From a virus: a stretch of 23,429 bases of DNA. A model generated the notes under the pieces. The model was not told the origin of the DNA, did not search any database, and was given only the letters and a program-made list of their open reading frames with translations. This document shows, in pieces, positions 15,641-23,109 of this stretch; positions within the stretch are counted from its first letter, which is position 1, and every line of letters starts with the position of its first letter. The stretch is taken from the IMG/VR virus record IMGVR_UViG_3300045988_182977, positions 1 through 23,429 of that record. One strand, written 5' to 3'. The translations under genes were made by a program, and so were the position numbers.

Positions 15641-15862
15641 TTATGCGATGACAAGGATGTCATCAATTTTCGTATCGAGCATCGCGGCGAGAATCACAAG
15701 GTTGTCGATGGTAGGAAGTGCAGTGCCTGCCTGCCATTTGGCTACCGCCTGTGTGGATACACCGAGCGTGTCTGCCACATCCTTGACCTTGATGCCTGCT
15801 GCTTTTCGCAGTGCCTTGATATTGGCACCTGTCTGCTGGATATCGATTGTTGGAACGTTCAT
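15641..15862 (-). CDS. XRE-family HTH transcriptional regulator
   Basis: NIKALRKAAGIKVKDVADTLGVSTQAVAKWQAGTALPTIDNLVILAAML is a classic HTH_3 pattern. Confidence 0.92.
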   Translation of the reverse strand: MNVPTIDIQQTGANIKALRKAAGIKVKDVADTLGVSTQAVAKWQAGTALPTIDNLVILAAMLDTKIDDILVIA

Positions 15863-15892
15863 TTTCTTGCTGCCTTTCTATATTGCAGGCAA

Positions 15893-15935
15893 CAAAAAAG
15901 CGCTGCCTGCCGAAATGACTCGACAAGCAGCGTGT
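15893..15935 (-). terminator. Terminator upstream of XRE gene
   Basis: Minus strand CGCTGCTTGTCGAGTCATTTCGGCAGGCAGCGCTTTTTT. Confidence 0.75.
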
Positions 15936-15945
15936 GAAAATGCAG

Positions 15946-16092
15946 TTATCGTTTAGAGACGCACCGCATCTGTACATTGTCTGTTTTTGCCTGTCGAGGA
16001 GTATGGGAAATAAAGCTGGATTCGTAGGACTCGAATTCAGATTCATAACTATACTCAGCAAACGACACAGCATTAACAGTCTTGCACAGCAT
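15946..16092 (-). CDS. Small peptide ORF (MLCKTVNAVSFAEYSYESEFESYESSFISHTPRQ...)
   Basis: ATG preceded by AAAGGAG; TATAAT at 16127-16132; terminator immediately downstream. Confidence 0.55.
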   Translation of the reverse strand: MLCKTVNAVSFAEYSYESEFESYESSFISHTPRQAKTDNVQMRCVSKR

Positions 16093-16126
16093 CTTCGGTT
16101 GTCTCCTTTCGTTTCGTTCTGATTGC

Positions 16127-16146
16127 ATTATACCACATCTGCGTGG
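16127..16146 (-). promoter_or_regulatory. -10 with inverted repeat CCACGCAGATGTGGTATAAT
   Basis: CCAC/GTGG arms adjoining TATAAT. Confidence 0.55.
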
Positions 16147-16166
16147 TAGGTCAATCAACTTGTGGT

Positions 16167-16349
16167 TTACTTTTTGCTACACCATTTGGCGGTATCGGGG
16201 ATGTACACTGCATCTACACCCTCTTGCTTCGGGTCGGACGGATTTTCCCTGCTGCCGACTGGCGGCTTCTGGCTCTTGAACTTGTACTTGTCGCGGTAGC
16301 CAGCTCCTTCGTGGAGAACGCGGTCTGCGCCGAGTTCGTGCTTGCTCAT
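16167..16349 (-). CDS. Small hypothetical protein (60 aa)
   Basis: ORF track. Confidence 0.6.
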   Translation of the reverse strand: MSKHELGADRVLHEGAGYRDKYKFKSQKPPVGSRENPSDPKQEGVDAVYIPDTAKWCSKK

Positions 16350-16726
16350 TACACATACGCTCCTTCCGGAAGCCTGTCTGCATCTGACAGTTCATCGACA
16401 GTCAGTTTCCTCAATGTTCCTCGGCCTGTATCTAAGCCGATGGTATACATATACACTACACGGCTATCCTGAAATACTTCGGCCGGGGTTTTGCTTTTGC
16501 TGACGATTTGCTCTATTTGTCGCTTCGTTGCCGGATACAGAACCCAGCGCTCTTTACTTCGTACTTCTGTGCAGTTACAGAAATACAATTTTTCGTCTTC
16601 GTCCTTGCATACACAGAGCAACGGAATGCCGTCATAGCTCAAAAACTCTTTATCGACAACAAGTTCTCTTCCGAACAATTCCTTGAAATTCAGTCCCTCG
16701 AATAAGGGCTCTCCGCGTAAACTCAT
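16349..16726 (-). CDS. Hypothetical protein (125 aa)
   Basis: ORF track; start/stop overlap with the downstream gene. Confidence 0.75.
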   Translation of the reverse strand: MSLRGEPLFEGLNFKELFGRELVVDKEFLSYDGIPLLCVCKDEDEKLYFCNCTEVRSKERWVLYPATKRQIEQIVSKSKTPAEVFQDSRVVYMYTIGLDTGRGTLRKLTVDELSDADRLPEGAYV

Positions 16727-16786
16727 ATTTCTGGCTTTTTAGTCATTATAGGCACCTCGTCCTTCACATCGGCTGAATATGCCCAA

Positions 16787-17713
16787 TCATGCCTGTTCCT
16801 GCTTTACTTCCTCCGTAATTTTTTCAATGATTCGTTCTGTGCATGCGGAAATCACAGTGTTGGCAGTAGCTTCTATTCCAAACTGAGAGCAGAACACATC
16901 CATTTGGATGTCATCCATGGGGTACCCAACAGAGTCGTTAAACTTCCTCACCAATTCCCGAATGTCATCCTGATTGAGGGGTTTGACCTCATGTCTCTGA
17001 ACGAATCTGCGAATCAAGGCTTCATCCAACTGGTCAGGGCGATTTGTCGTTCCGATTACGATGACATCGTTTTTGATATTATCGAGCTCCTGCATGAGAG
17101 CGATTACAACACGGCTCATTTCTGCCACGTCGTCTTTCTTCCCTCGCATCGTACCCAACGCATCGATTTCATCAATGCACAAAACACAAGGCGTTCTCTT
17201 CGCATAGTCGAACATGTTTCCGATGTTCGTTTGAGTCTGTCCCAAAGAAGAGCTGATGATGCCGGAAAACTTCACAACAACAAAAGGCAAATCTGCCACA
17301 TGCGCAATATACCGTGCAAGTTCTGTCTTTCCTGTTCCCGGCTGCCCCGTCAAAAGCAAAGAAGATGTGTAGTGGATTCCCAGTTCCTGCAACCGCAACG
17401 CTGCAACTCTTGTATCGAGAAGTTTATTGACAACAGATTGTTCCTCCGGCCGAATGAGAAATCTACCCTCAGGGAAATTCGTGACATCCTGCGCGGCGAT
17501 AATCTTCTGCAGATTATAGGGCAGTTCAATGAGTTCCGGGCCTTTATTATCGAGTTTCTTTAGCTGATACTCTTTGAATTTTCTATCTTTCTCGGTCGCT
17601 ATTTTGTTCAAGATGATTTTTGCTTGTTTTTGAGCGTTTCGAATGTCGCCATCAACAACATAGCGAATCAGCGCCCGTTCATAGTCATTCATTCTTGTCC
17701 CCTCAATTTGCAA
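16787..17713 (-). CDS. AAA+ ATPase
   Basis: Walker A LLTGQPGTGKTELA, Walker B VLCIDEIDAL, sensor IGTTNRPDQLDEALIRRF. Confidence 0.92.
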   Translation of the reverse strand: MQIEGTRMNDYERALIRYVVDGDIRNAQKQAKIILNKIATEKDRKFKEYQLKKLDNKGPELIELPYNLQKIIAAQDVTNFPEGRFLIRPEEQSVVNKLLDTRVAALRLQELGIHYTSSLLLTGQPGTGKTELARYIAHVADLPFVVVKFSGIISSSLGQTQTNIGNMFDYAKRTPCVLCIDEIDALGTMRGKKDDVAEMSRVVIALMQELDNIKNDVIVIGTTNRPDQLDEALIRRFVQRHEVKPLNQDDIRELVRKFNDSVGYPMDDIQMDVFCSQFGIEATANTVISACTERIIEKITEEVKQEQA

Positions 17714-17999
17714 TGCCGTTAAGCGGTGCCTTCAAAAGCTCTGCGGCCTGCGCGGTAATGGGTTTTACATCATCGATGCTAAGATGATATGCTGTTGCGA
17801 GCTTTTGTCTTTCCTTTTCGATTTCATCGATTTTGAGTTTCTCTGCCCTGTCCACCATACTAATGGTCCGGTAGATGTATCCCGGCCCTCCTCCGAGTTC
17901 CGGCATCTTGCTTATATGGAAAAACAGCGTAACACTCACATTGGCGTATTCGCTGTGGATTAACAAATCATCCTTTTTCTGCTGCACATTTTCACCCAC
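17703..17999 (-). CDS. Small hypothetical protein overlapping AAA+ gene
   Basis: ORF track; overlaps both neighbours. Confidence 0.7.
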   Translation of the reverse strand: MGENVQQKKDDLLIHSEYANVSVTLFFHISKMPELGGGPGYIYRTISMVDRAEKLKIDEIEKERQKLATAYHLSIDDVKPITAQAAELLKAPLNGIAN

Positions 18000-18792
18000 C
18001 TATCTCAATCCGATTTTTTGCTGCTGCGATATTTTTTTGCTTTGTTGTACACTCCATTTCATTGAGCTTTTTGAGCCATTTCGTTTTGACAATGTGTTCC
18101 AAGTAATCCGCATTGTATTTGGGATTCGATGAAATCACAGAGAACGGTCTACCAAGCTCTTTCTCTCTCAATTCTTCCGTTTCCCGCATTTTTTCAAGCA
18201 TATACCGGAAATTTTCGGGGTAGTATTTATACAGATATGCGAAATTCAAATACGAGGACATAGGGCAATACATACAACCGCAGCGCTTGTTGGTTTTGTA
18301 GTAGTTGTTGAAAATCGGCTGCGTCTTTGCCCATTCCAAAATCACATCCTCGTTAATGCCGTTTTCTGCGAGAGGGTATATCTCTAACTTTTTGGCACTC
18401 AACCGCTTGTTAAAACGGCGTTCTTCATCGGCGCAATAGCCTATGTAATTTACTACATAAAAACCGACTTCGTTCAGCCATTCGGATAGTTGCCGCTTTG
18501 CATCAAGTTTATAGTGACCGTTACACCATCTTACTTTTCTTGTTGGGAAACCGCATTTATCATACAATTCTTCCCACGTTTTCCTCGGCTTGATTCGCAC
18601 AAATTGAATGCCCGCTCGCTTGCACTCCGTTTCCATATAGTCGATAACGTTATGTATAAACGGGTAGTCGATTTCGAGTTCAAAGTGAACCACGCCGTCA
18701 AGCGGGTATCTGTCCAGATTGTGCAGTATGTAATTGAGCATATACAGGCTATCTTTTCCGCCAGATACGCTTGCCCAGTATGATGGGCGCAA
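17992..18792 (-). CDS. PP-loop / phosphoadenosine phosphosulfate reductase-family protein
   Basis: SVSGGKDSLYML PP-loop; TRKVRWCNGHYKLD; CGCMYCPMSS cysteine cluster. Confidence 0.85.
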   Translation of the reverse strand: MRPSYWASVSGGKDSLYMLNYILHNLDRYPLDGVVHFELEIDYPFIHNVIDYMETECKRAGIQFVRIKPRKTWEELYDKCGFPTRKVRWCNGHYKLDAKRQLSEWLNEVGFYVVNYIGYCADEERRFNKRLSAKKLEIYPLAENGINEDVILEWAKTQPIFNNYYKTNKRCGCMYCPMSSYLNFAYLYKYYPENFRYMLEKMRETEELREKELGRPFSVISSNPKYNADYLEHIVKTKWLKKLNEMECTTKQKNIAAAKNRIEIGG

Positions 18793-18811
18793 TGCAATTG
18801 CTTTGTCTGTG

Positions 18812-19012
18812 TTAGTTATCGTTCGTTACCTCCGTTCTGTGATTCCACAACTCTATCGCGTCCTGTTCGTTTTTTATGAGGACAGTTCCGATGCGGCAGT
18901 AGTTGCACCGCACTGCATACATACCTTCATAGCTGGCATATAACCCGGCTGTAGAACCACAGAACGGGCAAGGCTTTAGTTCGATATCATCATCATCAAT
19001 AAATGTTACCAT
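18812..19012 (-). CDS. Lar-family restriction alleviation-like zinc protein
   Basis: LKPCPFCGSTAGLY...VRCNYC...KNEQDAIELWNHR matches the Lar pattern. Confidence 0.8.
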   Translation of the reverse strand: MVTFIDDDDIELKPCPFCGSTAGLYASYEGMYAVRCNYCRIGTVLIKNEQDAIELWNHRTEVTNDN

Positions 19013-19055
19013 TGTCGGTTACCTCCGTGAGTCAGTAGTCTTTGCGGCGCTCTCG

Positions 19056-19191
19056 TTGACATTCTCCCCACAGCTAAAGCAGGGGGATTCCTGCATCAAC
19101 CACCACTGCGCAGCAACCGAAGCTGTTGCGTCTTACACGATGTCAGACAGGCGTTACTTCCCGTGTGCCCCACGGTACGGTATGTATTAGT
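19056..19191 (-). ncRNA. Predicted TnpB reRNA/omega-RNA scaffold (3' of tnpB through right end)
   Basis: Hairpins GCAAC...GTTGC (19111-19130) and CCCCCTGCTTTAGCTGTGGGG downstream of the tnpB stop, as known for TnpB loci. Confidence 0.6.
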
Positions 19192-20292
19192 TTAAGCGGA
19201 CTTTTTAAGCCCTTTACGCAAAATGTTAATGGCAGCGTTCTTGTCTCGGTCATGAACCGTGTGACAAGATGGGCATTCCCATTGACGGATGTTGAGGTTC
19301 TTAACAGCTGCATTCTTATAACCGCAGCAACTGCATGTTTGGCTGCTTGGATAGAATGTAGGTACACGAATTACTGTACAGCCGTACCAATAGGCTTTGT
19401 ACTCCAGCATGCCAAAGAAAGACGACCACGAAACGCTGGAAATAGCTCTTGCAAGTTTATGATTGCGAAGCATTCCCTTTACATTAAGGTCTTCGATGCA
19501 GATGGTTTGATTTTCACGCACCAGCATAGTAGACTGTTTTTGAAGGAAATCGTTTCGTTGATTAGCAATCTTTTCGTGGGTGGCAGCGACTCTTATGCGC
19601 TGCTTTTCACGATTATGTGAGCCTTTCTGTTTGCGAGTCAAACGCCGCTGTTCGCGAGCAAGTTTTTTGGCTTTCTTCTCCAAGTATTTGGGGTTATTAA
19701 CCACAGTACCGTTACTATCGGAATAGAATTCTTTGAGCCCGACATCAATGCCTACTACACAACCGTTGTTTGGCATAGGCTGAGGGTCATATTCCACATT
19801 AAGAACTACGAAATATTTACCGGTGGCTGTACGCACTACCGTTGCGTTGTGAATTGCACCAATCTCCATAGACTGATGAACTTTTACCCAGCCGATTTTC
19901 GGTAAGCGAATACGCTTATTGGAAATGCGTATACCGTTACCAATATTGAGCGTGCGGTATGATTGTTTGGCGCTTTTTTTACTTTTGAATTTTGGATGTG
20001 CAGCTCTATGCTCAAAAAAGTTTGTGTATCCGGTGTCAAGGTTTCGCAGCGCTTGCTGCAAAGCAATGGAATCCACCTCTTTGAGAAACGCGTAGTTCAC
20101 ATCCTGCTTGAGCGCTGTCAGCATAGCAGAAGTTTGCTTGTAGCCACACTTCTCCCCGCTTTTGAAGGCGTCTTCCCGCATAGCAAGGCTCTTGTTGTAA
20201 ATGAGCCTGCTGCAACCGAGAGTACGGTCAATCAGATTGCGTTGCTCTCGGTTTGGGTAGATTCTAAATTTTACGCCTTTTTGAAATGTCAT
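19192..20292 (-). CDS. tnpB: TnpB RNA-guided endonuclease, apparently intact
   Basis: [11 protein letters not shown] (RuvC-I D), [11 protein letters not shown] (RuvC-II E), CSCCG...CPSCH zinc finger, [11 protein letters not shown] (RuvC-III D). Confidence 0.95.
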   Translation of the reverse strand: MTFQKGVKFRIYPNREQRNLIDRTLGCSRLIYNKSLAMREDAFKSGEKCGYKQTSAMLTALKQDVNYAFLKEVDSIALQQALRNLDTGYTNFFEHRAAHPKFKSKKSAKQSYRTLNIGNGIRISNKRIRLPKIGWVKVHQSMEIGAIHNATVVRTATGKYFVVLNVEYDPQPMPNNGCVVGIDVGLKEFYSDSNGTVVNNPKYLEKKAKKLAREQRRLTRKQKGSHNREKQRIRVAATHEKIANQRNDFLQKQSTMLVRENQTICIEDLNVKGMLRNHKLARAISSVSWSSFFGMLEYKAYWYGCTVIRVPTFYPSSQTCSCCGYKNAAVKNLNIRQWECPSCHTVHDRDKNAAINILRKGLKKSA

Positions 20293-20377
20293 TTTTATTT
20301 TACCCTTTAAGCAAAAACTTGGTTTCACTGCGCCTTATATCCCCATAGCTAAAGCAAGGGTTTTTACGGCGCTTGCG

Positions 20378-20410
20378 ATAAAAAAGCCCACCCTGAACTG
20401 GGTAGAACTT
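20378..20410 (-). terminator. Terminator downstream of 20420-20965 CDS, abutting the IS left end
   Basis: Minus strand CCCAGTTCAGGGTGGGCTTTTTTAT. Confidence 0.6.
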
Positions 20411-20419
20411 CTTATTTTC

Positions 20420-20965
20420 TTAGATGTGTGGGAACACCTCATATACACTGACATACAGCATCCCCGGCTTATAATCCGCATATTCTACCGGACGCTTCTG
20501 GTCGTATACCTTCACATCCGAACCATCATCTGCCGTGAGCCAGAGATATTTGACGTGCTCGGCATAGCGCGGGTCTTCTACGCGATAAGCCTGCCCTTCT
20601 TTGATTTTCAGACGCCGCATATAGGCTTGTACGCGTGAAAACTCAACAAATGCGCCGTAGTCGCCAATCACGATACGGTTGTACCCGTTGGTAATGACCG
20701 TACCGTTGGTGGTTTCGAGCGAAATCGTGTCACCGGACACATTGCACCATTCCGGCAATGCCTTTTGAAACTTGGCTCTCACATCGCAGAAGAAGGTATG
20801 CGGGATGAGTTTGTATTTGTATTCACGGGCAAGCTGTTCTTGGTACTCGAGCATCTGAGCGCCGATTTCTGAGATTTTGTGTTTCACAATTTCACCCCTG
20901 ACCCAGCATCTGTGCGGATGCGATTTCCCGAATATTGCGATTTTCTTTTTCGGGAGCCGATACAA
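20420..20965 (-). CDS. Hypothetical protein (true start may be downstream)
   Basis: ORF track; overlaps upstream CDS. Confidence 0.7.
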   Translation of the reverse strand: MYRLPKKKIAIFGKSHPHRCWVRGEIVKHKISEIGAQMLEYQEQLAREYKYKLIPHTFFCDVRAKFQKALPEWCNVSGDTISLETTNGTVITNGYNRIVIGDYGAFVEFSRVQAYMRRLKIKEGQAYRVEDPRYAEHVKYLWLTADDGSDVKVYDQKRPVEYADYKPGMLYVSVYEVFPHI

Positions 20966-21572
20966 TACGGCGATGAGAGCGCATCAGCGTCAATACGCGG
21001 TTACGGAGCTTTTCATCTTTTATAAGCTGAGCAACCTGTTTGATTTCCGATTCGCGCAGATACATCGTACTGTTGATGAGAACGCCATGTACCTCGCCGT
21101 TTTCGGAACTTTTCTCAACCTTATCGACATTGTCATAGGCGTAAATCACATCAACATCAATGCTGACGGACGCTTTCTCAAGAAGTTCAGCTCCTCCTTG
21201 GGCTACCAGCCACTTGTGTGTGTGGCTTTCGTCAGAAATGTATGTTTCGCCAATGAGTCCCAGCGGTGGCGACACAAGGTTGTTTGTGGAATAACGGATA
21301 TGGTCCTCGCTTTCATTGAGGTTATCCTGCCAAATACGCATCGGCTTGAGGCTTTTGCCCTTAAAATGAACATAGGTGTCCTGAATGAATGTGCAGACGG
21401 TCCGCTTAATATAGTCGATTTCCGGCATCTCTTCTACATTGCGAAAAACAAGGCGCGTAGACTCGCCTTCACCGTACTCTTCGTCGTCGGTCACATAACG
21501 GACCTTCTCCAGCACAAACTTGGGTTTTAATGCCTCTTTAACGGCTTCGAGAGAAAATACATTCCACCTCAT
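20892..21572 (-). CDS. Hypothetical protein, likely start MRWNVFSLEAV
   Basis: ORF track, ATG at 21572; the longer N-terminus would run through the hairpin at 21593-21625. Confidence 0.7.
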   Translation of the reverse strand: MRWNVFSLEAVKEALKPKFVLEKVRYVTDDEEYGEGESTRLVFRNVEEMPEIDYIKRTVCTFIQDTYVHFKGKSLKPMRIWQDNLNESEDHIRYSTNNLVSPPLGLIGETYISDESHTHKWLVAQGGAELLEKASVSIDVDVIYAYDNVDKVEKSSENGEVHGVLINSTMYLRESEIKQVAQLIKDEKLRNRVLTLMRSHRRIVSAPEKENRNIREIASAQMLGQG

Positions 21573-21592
21573 TAAATTATGTGTGCAGGGTA

Positions 21593-21625
21593 CACCGTCT
21601 ATAGTCGCTTGCGACTTAGGCGGTG
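21593..21625 (-). repeat. Strong imperfect hairpin, candidate IscB-element right-end structure
   Basis: Minus strand CACCGCCTAAGTCGCAAGCGACTATAGACGGTG, nested in GCAGGGTA...TACCCTGC. Confidence 0.6.
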
Positions 21626-21702
21626 AGGAATGCACTAACCAAGAGGCAATTTGAAGTGTACTCAGTTAGCACAAATACCCTGCTACTCCTTTCTTTTAAT
21701 GA

Positions 21703-23100
21703 TTAAGATATTTTTTTCCATGCGGGATGTATGGAATTTGCTGCTTTTACAATTTTAAGCTTTTTAAGGCTTGCGGATTTTTGACCGCTTTTTGCGGGTG
21801 TCTCGAACTCTACATTTACAGCACCATTCTTTTTGGTATGAGTGCTATGCACAATGAGATTTTCTCCGTTGAGAGAGACTAAATCACCCGGATTGAGATT
21901 CACCTTTTTGCGTAACAGAGCACGATGCCCTGCGTATGTCCTCTTGCCACGGTATTTGTGCAGATTTTCCGAATCCTTTTTGTGGTTACGGTTAATTCTA
22001 CCGTTGAAGAGCTCTTTTCCGGTGGCTATCTCTCCTGTACGAATGTCAATGTAGCGAGAATCATAAAACTTTTCAAGGATACGGTTGTTACGCCTTGCCT
22101 TTTCATAGTGCTCAAACATACAACGGAGATTTGGATGAAATTCACCCATTGCATATGCATCATTGTTATGGCTTTTTTCAAGCTGAAGCGCGATACGCTT
22201 TTCTTTTGTCATTGCGCCGTAAGTGATTGTAACAAATGGCTTGCCAAAAGCAACGTAGAGTTCATTGACGATTTGCCACCTAACAGTATTCATAAAAGCT
22301 GCACCGGAAAGGTCGGCAAATTTAATCTTTTCTCCGAAACCATAAAGCTTACCGCTTTTTTGGTGATTGGCAGGCGTATGGCACTTTTCGCATACTGTTA
22401 GAAGTTCGTTCAGGCTGTTGCCGTGACGACCTTTCCAGTAGAACATATGGTGCATATGTAAAATCGCACCTTCTGTAGCTTTACGCCCACAAATTTTACA
22501 GACATAGTTATCGCGGTAAAATACCGCTTCCCGCAAGGTTGCCAAATTGTAGCGAGGACCTTTTTGATAGTCTGCTCCCTCAGGAATGACTTTTCCTTCC
22601 TGAATTGCTTTTACAAGCATCGTATCAAAAGAGCCAACCTCAACCGTTGCATGAGTAATAGGCATTACTGTACAATACATCTTAACAACGTTGACATTGA
22701 GTTCTTTCTTATGTTTCAAAGAAGGAGCAAGCCAACCCTCGCCGCGTTTGCGATTATCGAAACGCGGTTTACGGTAACGCAGTCTGTTTCTGCGGGTGCG
22801 GCGCAACTTACGACAACTGTCGTGGCAGGCTTTCTCATCCTGTAATGTATCATACTGCGCAGATACATACTCGTGAGATTGACTTTTCACACTGATGCCG
22901 ATGTAGTTGTAGCCAACATCCTCACAGATTTCGATGGGCTGCGTGTTTGTTTTACTGTCATACAGTAACTGGATAGTAAATGGATGATGCTTAATGATTT
23001 TTGCTTTTCCGTCTTTCAGAAGATGGCGTACCCTGCCAAGACGGATGGTAGGCATTAAGCGTTCACCATTGTTGCTGAGAACACAAACGCAAGTGCTCAT
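21703..23100 (-). CDS. iscB-like: IscB-like RRXRR / HNH endonuclease-family protein
   Basis: N-term MPTIRLGRVRHLLKDGKAKIIKHHPFTIQLLY (RRXRR-like); HDSCRKLRRTRRNRLRYRKPRF bridge-helix-like; THATVEVGSFDT; HNH CKICGRKATEGAILHMHHMFYW...CEKCH; KSHNNDAYAM. Confidence 0.88.
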   Translation of the reverse strand: MSTCVCVLSNNGERLMPTIRLGRVRHLLKDGKAKIIKHHPFTIQLLYDSKTNTQPIEICEDVGYNYIGISVKSQSHEYVSAQYDTLQDEKACHDSCRKLRRTRRNRLRYRKPRFDNRKRGEGWLAPSLKHKKELNVNVVKMYCTVMPITHATVEVGSFDTMLVKAIQEGKVIPEGADYQKGPRYNLATLREAVFYRDNYVCKICGRKATEGAILHMHHMFYWKGRHGNSLNELLTVCEKCHTPANHQKSGKLYGFGEKIKFADLSGAAFMNTVRWQIVNELYVAFGKPFVTITYGAMTKEKRIALQLEKSHNNDAYAMGEFHPNLRCMFEHYEKARRNNRILEKFYDSRYIDIRTGEIATGKELFNGRINRNHKKDSENLHKYRGKRTYAGHRALLRKKVNLNPGDLVSLNGENLIVHSTHTKKNGAVNVEFETPAKSGQKSASLKKLKIVKAANSIHPAWKKIS

Positions 23101-23109
23101 GCAAGGCAC

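Larger units (their letters stand above)
19056..20377 (-). mobile_element. IS200/IS605-group element carrying only tnpB (IS1341-like), no tnpA
   Basis: Subterminal LE AACCCTTGCTTTAGCTATGGGG and RE AATCCCCCTGCTTTAGCTGTGGGGAG share CTTTAGCT(A/G)TGGGG; TTTAT flanks LE, RE ends TGTCAA; single TnpB inside. Confidence 0.75.

Noticed and set aside
16015-16100. Possible seventh tRNA (GAATTCGAGTCC resembles a T-arm)
   Set aside because: No acceptor stem or anticodon arm could be built; it fits the coding frame of the 48-aa ORF instead.
19143-19620. Plus-strand and short minus-strand ORFs inside the TnpB element
   Set aside because: Overlap tnpB and its reRNA region; no TnpA (Y1 transposase) motif (HUH) found in any of them.
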